A program made the position numbers and the translations under genes. DNA of 64,000 nucleotides from Conger conger (lineage: Eukaryota): the NCBI RefSeq assembly GCF_963514075.1, contig NC_083776.1:18758415-18822414 (forward strand), read 5' to 3'. Shown one piece after another: positions 60,609 through 64,000 of the stretch; within the stretch, counting starts at the first letter, position 1; every line of letters begins with the position of its first letter. The notes below the pieces were generated by a model. The model had not been told where the DNA came from. It ran no database searches and saw nothing but the letters and a program-made list of their open reading frames with translations.

Positions 60609-62202
60609 CAGTGGGAGCAATAATTATTTGATCCCTTGCTGATTTTGTAGGTTTGCCACCTTACAAATAATGGAACTGTGTAGAATTTTAATCATTTTAA
60701 CATTGAGAGACAGAATATCACAAAATAATCCACAATAACAACATCATATAAATTTTATAAATTTATTATCGTATTTTTGCATGAAATAAGTATTTGATCC
60801 CCTACCAATCAGCAATAATTCTGGCTCCCACAGACCAGTTAGTTTTCCATTAAGCACTCCTACTCTCCACTCATTACCCAAAACACCTGTGTCAACTCGT
60901 TACATTGTTATGTAGTTGTATAAAAGACACCTGTCCACACAATCAATCAGATTCCAACGTTCCACCATGGCCAAGACAAAGGAGCTGTCTAAGGACATCA
61001 GGGACAAAATTGTAGACCTGCACAAGGCTGGGATGGGCTACAAGAAAATAAGCAAGCAGCTTGGTGAGAAGTTAACAACTGTTGGAGCAATTATTAGAAA
61101 ATGGAAGAAACACAAAGTCACCGCCAATCTCCCTTGGTCTGGGGCTCCACGCAAGATCTCGCCTCGTGGGATATCAATGATCATGAGAAAGGTCAGGGAT
61201 CAGCCCAGTACTACACAGGAAGAGCTTGTTAATGACCTGAAGGCAGTTGGGACCACAGTCATGAAGAGAACCATCAGTAACACATTACACCATGAAGGAT
61301 TAAAATCCTGCTGCACGCGCAAGGTTCCTCTGCTGAAGAAGGCACATGTACAGGCCTGTCTGAAGTTTGCCAAAGAACACCTGGATGATCCAGAAGAGGC
61401 TTGGGAGAAGGTGATGTGGTCAGATGAGACCAAAATAGAGATATTTGGCATCAACTCAACTCGCCGTGTTTGGAGGAAGAGAAATGCTGAGTACAACCCC
61501 AAGAACACCATTGCCACTGTGAAGCATGGAGGTGGAAACCTTATGCTTTGGGGGTGTTTCTCAGCTAAGAGGACAGGACGACTTCACCGTATCGAGGGGA
61601 GGATGACTGGGGCCATGTACCAGGAACTTTTGGGCAACAACCTCGTTCCCTCAGTGAGAGCACTGAAAATGCGTCGTGGATGGGTCTTCCAACATGACAA
61701 TGACCCAAAACATACGGCCAAGGCAACAAAGGAGTGGCTCAAAAAGAAGCATATTAAGGTCCTGGAGTGGCCTAGCCAGTCTCCAGACCTAAATCCCATC
61801 GAAAATCTGTGGAGGGAGCTGAAGCTTCGAGTTGCCAAGCGACAGCCTCAGAACCTTAAGGATTTGGAGAGGATCTGCAAAGAGGAGTGGACCAAAATCC
61901 CTCCCAAGATCTGTGCAAACCTGGTGAAAAACTACAACAAACGTCTGACCTCTGTGCTTGCCAACAAAGGTTTCTCCACCAAGTATTAAGTCCTATTGTT
62001 CTATGGATCAAATACTTATTTCATGTGAAAATATGATATAAAATTGATCAAATTTATATCATGTTATTGTGGATTATTTTGTGATATTCTGTCTCTCAAT
62101 GTTAAAATGTACCTATGATTAAAATTCTACACAGTTCCATTCTTTGTAAGTGGGCAAACCTACAAAATCAGCAAGGGATCAAATAATTATTGCTCCCACT
62201 TC
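60609..62202 (+). mobile_element. Tc1/mariner (Tc1-like, Sleeping-Beauty-type) DNA transposon. It is full length at about 1.6 kb, has roughly 200-bp near-identical terminal inverted repeats, and has an intact transposase ORF.
   Basis: The left end is TA|CAGTGGGAGCAATAATTATTTGATCCCTTGCTGATTTTGTAGGTTTGCCAC.... The right end is ...GTGGGCAAACCTACAAAATCAGCAAGGGATCAAATAATTATTGCTCCCACttc. About 200 bp at each end are mutually reverse-complementary with few mismatches. The last 3 nt of the right terminus (TTC instead of TGTA) deviate from consensus. Confidence 0.85.
60967..61989 (+). CDS. Tc1-like transposase of 340 aa ([32 protein letters not shown]...). It carries a DD(34)E catalytic triad and paired-like HTH and GRPR-like motifs.
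   Basis: The ORF is uninterrupted. The DDE residues are DETKIE (first D), QHDNDPKH (second D) and [11 protein letters not shown] (E). The length equals the 340-aa SB/Tc1 transposases, and an NLS-like KWKKHK is present. The six-frame track extends the ORF to an upstream ATG at 60916, but MAKTKE at 60967 matches the family start. Confidence 0.85.
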   Translation: MAKTKELSKDIRDKIVDLHKAGMGYKKISKQLGEKLTTVGAIIRKWKKHKVTANLPWSGAPRKISPRGISMIMRKVRDQPSTTQEELVNDLKAVGTTVMKRTISNTLHHEGLKSCCTRKVPLLKKAHVQACLKFAKEHLDDPEEAWEKVMWSDETKIEIFGINSTRRVWRKRNAEYNPKNTIATVKHGGGNLMLWGCFSAKRTGRLHRIEGRMTGAMYQELLGNNLVPSVRALKMRRGWVFQHDNDPKHTAKATKEWLKKKHIKVLEWPSQSPDLNPIENLWRELKLRVAKRQPQNLKDLERICKEEWTKIPPKICANLVKNYNKRLTSVLANKGFSTKY

Positions 62203-64000
62203 ATTATTTCCTAAATGTCTAAATAATGGCATGGATTCAAATGCTTCACAATAAAGTAGGCATACAAACACTAACACTAACATCTACAGCTGAAAATGTT
62301 TGATTTGGGGTGTAATGACCCTTTAAACGCTATTCAAGCACCTTCACCCCAGTCTGGGTCAGATAATCCTGCCAGATTGTGCCCTTTTCAACATCATGGA
62401 GGTTGGAGGTAGTTGTGCACTCAAAGACAGGGCTGAGATCTCAGGAGATACACACATGGGAAGACGCAGGGCCCTGGCAGATATTTAGGGAAGCGTGTAA
62501 GATGTGACGTGATGGTCGCTCATGTGGACGGGATTGGGGGTTGGGGGAGGGGGCCTGGGGAGGTCAGCCCGTGGCAGGGGGGTGGGATGGAGGGTGGAAT
62601 AGCAGACAGGGTGAGATGGTCTACCATTTCCATAATCAGTCAGTGTAATCAGAGTAAAACAATGCTCTTTTTTGTCAGAAGGTCAAAAGAGAAAATGTTA
62701 TTACAGTGAACTACAGCTAATTTGAAAGTGCTGTCTAATAATGCCTTTGAGGACTTCCACAGGGCCCGGATGGGGAGAGATCCACCGGCACCCACCTAGA
62801 GGGCGAAAGTCAATCTCAATAGGTTTCAAGTGCTCTCAAAGGTGAGGAGGACTGTGGTACATATTCTCATTTTATTCACTGACTCTAATAACATGCTTCT
62901 GACTTTTTTACTTTTAAATTTCACCTGGGTCTAAGGTGACTTTATATCAGCTAATTCGTCAATTTGCATTTGCTCCCTTAAAATGGGGGGACCGTGTACA
63001 GAAAGGGATGTAATTCCTACACAGATCACCCACAATATGGATATAAATATCCTGTTACGACCTCGTAAGTTTTGTGTTTACATCAGTTTGTTTCTGCTAC
63101 ACCGCACGCGCGGACCGATTCGTAACGACCCTTAAATTAAAGCTGACAGTCTGCACTTTAAACGCACGTTCGCTGTTTTACTTCAAATCCAATTTGCTGG
63201 AGTACAGAGCCAAAACAACAAAAAATGTGCCACCGTCCCAATGCTTTTGCACTTGACTGTATAATGTTCAGGAGTGTCGAGGAGACACCGGACAGACACC
63301 CGATAAATTGCCAAAGTGCTGTTCTTCACTGTGTTATAGCCTCAGGCCGTACATCTGGAAATCACTTCAATGTCAAAAGGTCTCTGGGTTGTTTCTGGAC
63401 TTGGCGATTTTGAACGATGCATCTCATTTTGCAAGCCAAGGGTTTCATACAGGAACCTGCTGGCTTTACTCAGGCTCAAACACGTCAAACTACATTTATA
63501 GCGAAACAGCCAACTGTGACAAAATAAGAACACTCTCTCACTGCCTGGAAGCGGTTTCAGTCCTCAGTCTGCACATATTTTTGGTCATTCACTGTCACAA
63601 GCACCAACTGTCATTACAGTCAAACTCATCATCGCCACACTAAACATACATTTGAAGGATTGCTATTTTTCACATCTTATTTTGCATTACTGTTTTTGAA
63701 TTCATTTTCTATCGATTAATATAACATTAACATGCTTATAATAAATTCTTATAATGATGACATGAAAGGGGCTCAGACAAGGAGAATAATTTTGGTTGGA
63801 GAATAACAAGGAGAATAATTTCTGACTGGCATAGTTTGGTATCACCCACACATGGCTAATTAAACCCGTCTTAATAAGAACACTACTTAATAAGAACGGT
63901 CCCTTCCTTCACCTCCACAGTTACAAAGCTTAACCCAACAACAACAACCCCACACTCTGATTGGACCGAAAGCTAGCCCACACAAAACCCCCCACACTCT

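Noticed and set aside
1-64000. Prokaryotic-style novel system (defence island, CRISPR array, operon) suggested by the task framing.
   Set aside because: The window has spliced exons with GT/AG introns, vertebrate SINEs and Tc1 elements, CpG depletion and microsatellite load. There are no direct-repeat/spacer arrays and no contiguous operon-like ORFs. The 41-bp (48655-48920) and 42-bp (8321-8445) tandem repeats lack variable spacers.

Overview
This window is vertebrate (teleost-fish type) nuclear DNA, not a prokaryotic locus. It is AT-rich and CpG-poor. It carries many (CA/GT)n microsatellites, large minisatellite arrays, at least three tRNA-derived SINE families, several MITE/foldback elements, Tc1/mariner fragments, and one apparently intact Tc1-like transposon (60609-62202).

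Only one host protein-coding gene could be recognised: an ARHGAP20 (RA-RhoGAP) orthologue on the minus strand. I reconstructed 14 coding exons between 19128 and 4489. They encode PH, RA and RhoGAP domain segments and a long disordered C-terminal tail in a 1.7-kb terminal exon. Every junction has GT/AG consensus and the reading phase is continuous across all 14 exons. The 5'-most exon(s) and the promoter lie upstream of 19128 and were not found.

No further protein-coding gene was recognised between 20 and 64 kb. Four CpG-island-like segments (23.7-24.1, 29.1-29.9, 32.6-33.0 and 42.2-42.7 kb) are flagged as candidate promoters or first exons of unannotated transcripts; three of them end in strong splice donors. 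No CRISPR arrays, rRNA genes or bona fide tRNA genes are present.

Most of the long ORFs in the six-frame track are translations of CA/GT micro- and minisatellites (His/Thr/Cys/Val-rich) or of SINEs, and are not genes. The most unusual non-genic items are a roughly 1.6-kb compound GT-minisatellite (34790-36360), a 26-bp minisatellite lying directly against an arhgap20 splice donor (17584-18153), a roughly 200-bp foldback palindrome (40311-40512), and the intact Tc1 element with roughly 200-bp terminal inverted repeats (TIRs).
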